NCBI GenBank assembly: GCA_963662465.1
Contig: OY759599.1
Location: forward strand, 4,992,001-5,056,000
Direction: 5' to 3'
Source of the DNA: Desulfatiglandales bacterium
Lineage (GTDB): Bacteria; Desulfobacterota; DSM-4660; Desulfatiglandales; Desulfatiglandaceae
DNA length: 64,000 nucleotides
Positions 62,414 through 64,000 of this stretch are shown piece after piece (position 1 is the first letter of the stretch; every line of letters starts with the position of its first letter). Position numbers and translations under genes: made by a program. The notes below the pieces were generated by a model. That model did no database searches. It saw only the letters and a program-made list of their open reading frames with translations, and had not been told where the DNA came from.

Positions 62414-62830
62414 TCAGGGAATTTCCAGCGCATTAAAAAAATAATTGATTTCAATTTCAGCATTTTCCGGTGAGTCAGATCCATGCACCACGTTCTTTTC
62501 AATGTCCGTGGCAAAATCCCGCCGTATGGTCCCTTCGGCCGCGTCTTTGTAATTTGTCGCCCCCATAAGTTCCCGGTACCGAGCGATCACATTTTCTCCT
62601 TCCAATATCATAACAACACACGGTCCGGACGACATGAAGTCGGTAACGCTTTCAAAAAAAGGTTTTCCCTCATGCACCTTGTAAAAACCTTTTGCCTGCG
62701 CCTTGCTCATCTGAATCATCTTCATAGCGCCAACATTGAGCCCTTCCTTCTCCAGGCGACGGATAACATCTCCGATCACATTTCTCGAAACACCATCCGG
62801 TTTTATGATTGATAAAGTTCGCTCCTTCAT
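62414..62830 (-). CDS. ndk: nucleoside diphosphate kinase
   Basis: [27 protein letters not shown]. Confidence 0.98.
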   Translation of the reverse strand: MKERTLSIIKPDGVSRNVIGDVIRRLEKEGLNVGAMKMIQMSKAQAKGFYKVHEGKPFFESVTDFMSSGPCVVMILEGENVIARYRELMGATNYKDAAEGTIRRDFATDIEKNVVHGSDSPENAEIEINYFFNALEIP

Positions 62831-63048
62831 CCTAAAAATCCTCCTCTTTCATAATTTTAATTGACCCAGCGCTTTCGTTGCTGGTATAGACCTTCCCTGG
62901 GTTCTGAATCCATTTAAATCCACCCTCGGCAAAAACCTGACTAATCGGCTTCTTCACCTTAATCGTACCAAAGCCCCCAATAAGAATCAAATGGGCACGG
63001 GTTAGTCAAGAAGTTTATGATCAATGGAAAATCAATTTCTAAAAGGAA

Positions 63049-63825
63049 ATGCACATAATGAGCCAATCAAAAAGTCACCCAACAACAGATAAACCGCTTA
63101 GAATGGATCCTGACCAACTTTTCCGTTTCAAATGCGGCCCCGGGGTTCCCTGTTTCACTGACTGCTGCAGAGATATCACCATTTTGCTAACCCCGTACGA
63201 TGTGGTCCGGTTAAAAAACGCACTTCGAATCTCTTCAGGGGATTTCCTTGACCAATATACGATCATTGTTCCCAAGGAAAAGCGGCTGATTCCCATGGTC
63301 GTCCTCAAAATGAACGAAGAAAACGACAAGCGTTGCCCATTCGTCGGCAAGGAGGGATGCAGCGTTTACAACGATCGGCCATGGCCATGCAGGATGTATC
63401 CACTGAACATGAATGATGACGGCAGCTTCGGCCTCATCGCCGATCCAGCAATATGCAAGGGCCTGGAACAACCCGATCATGCCAGGATATCCAGCTGGCT
63501 TATCGAACAGGGCGTCCCCATATATGACGAAATGAACATGCTGTTTTCGCAAGTCACAACCCCTTTGCAGGCCCAGGAATTGGACATTGACAATCCTAAA
63601 ATTTATCAAATGACTTTTATGGCGCTGTATAACCTGGATAAATTCAAGGACTTTATATTTAACAGCACCTTCTTAGATCGCTTCGTGATTGATGATCTTT
63701 CCATTGAAAAACTAAAAAGAAGCGACGTTGAACTTTTGAAATTTGCGTTTGACTGGATTAAGTTTGGCGTTTTTGGGCAGAAAACACTTCAAGTCAAAGA
63801 AGCCCCTCAGAACAATGACCATTAA
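63049..63825 (+). CDS. YkgJ/UPF0153 cysteine-cluster protein (start may be ATG 63058)
   Basis: FRFKC.PGVPCFTDCC...LTPYD...CPF....CSVYNDRPWPCRMYP. Confidence 0.9.
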   Translation: MHIMSQSKSHPTTDKPLRMDPDQLFRFKCGPGVPCFTDCCRDITILLTPYDVVRLKNALRISSGDFLDQYTIIVPKEKRLIPMVVLKMNEENDKRCPFVGKEGCSVYNDRPWPCRMYPLNMNDDGSFGLIADPAICKGLEQPDHARISSWLIEQGVPIYDEMNMLFSQVTTPLQAQELDIDNPKIYQMTFMALYNLDKFKDFIFNSTFLDRFVIDDLSIEKLKRSDVELLKFAFDWIKFGVFGQKTLQVKEAPQNNDH

Positions 63826-63855
63826 TCTAAAATCCCATTAATATTGGAATAAACA

Positions 63856-64000
63856 ATGCGCTATCACGAAAAACCTGATGTATTCAAACCCTTTTCAGGC
63901 AGTACCTTTCAATTTGAATGTCACAAGGGCATTTCATGTTTCACGGAATGTTGCGCCAAACTCCGGTTGCTCCTGACGCCCTACGATATTCTTCGCATGA
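63856..64000 (+). CDS. second YkgJ-family paralogue, truncated by the window edge
   Basis: Hand translation MRYHEK...FQFECHKGISCFTECCAKLRLLLTPYDILRM. Confidence 0.85.
   Translation, partial: MRYHEKPDVFKPFSGSTFQFECHKGISCFTECCAKLRLLLTPYDILRM

Overview
Chromosomal window from a sulfate/sulfite-reducing Desulfobacterota bacterium. A Desulfatiglans-like affinity is plausible from the N-terminally extended DsrA but cannot be proven here. Left to right: (1) An uncharacterised, modification-enzyme-rich cluster: ATP-grasp ligase, FmdB zinc ribbon, HEAT-repeat protein and kinase-like protein, plus YcaO, TPR and CxxxCxxCC proteins running downstream of dsrABD. It is interrupted by a vapBC cassette bracketed by a 40-bp direct repeat that equals the former overlap of two convergent genes. 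(2) dsrA-dsrB-dsrD, with a divergent dsrN-dsrC pair. (3) A cimA-leuA-leuC-leuD-ilvB-ilvN-ilvC-nitrilase operon. It carries a Leu/Ile leader-peptide attenuator missed by the ORF track, a probable ATT start on ilvB, and heptamer repeats in several spacers. (4) Decayed rhuM/hsdR relics. (5) A B12 radical SAM gene, a sigma-54 response regulator and pyrBC. (6) The tRNA-tuf-secE-nusG-rplKAJL-rpoBC-str-S10-spc-alpha superoperon, with no fusA, adk or map. (7) ndk and tandem YkgJ-family genes. The best candidate for an undescribed system is the dsr-linked YcaO/ATP-grasp/kinase-like/HEAT/TPR/Cys-cluster module, a putative post-translational modification or maturation system. All family calls come from visual motif recognition; no searches were run.
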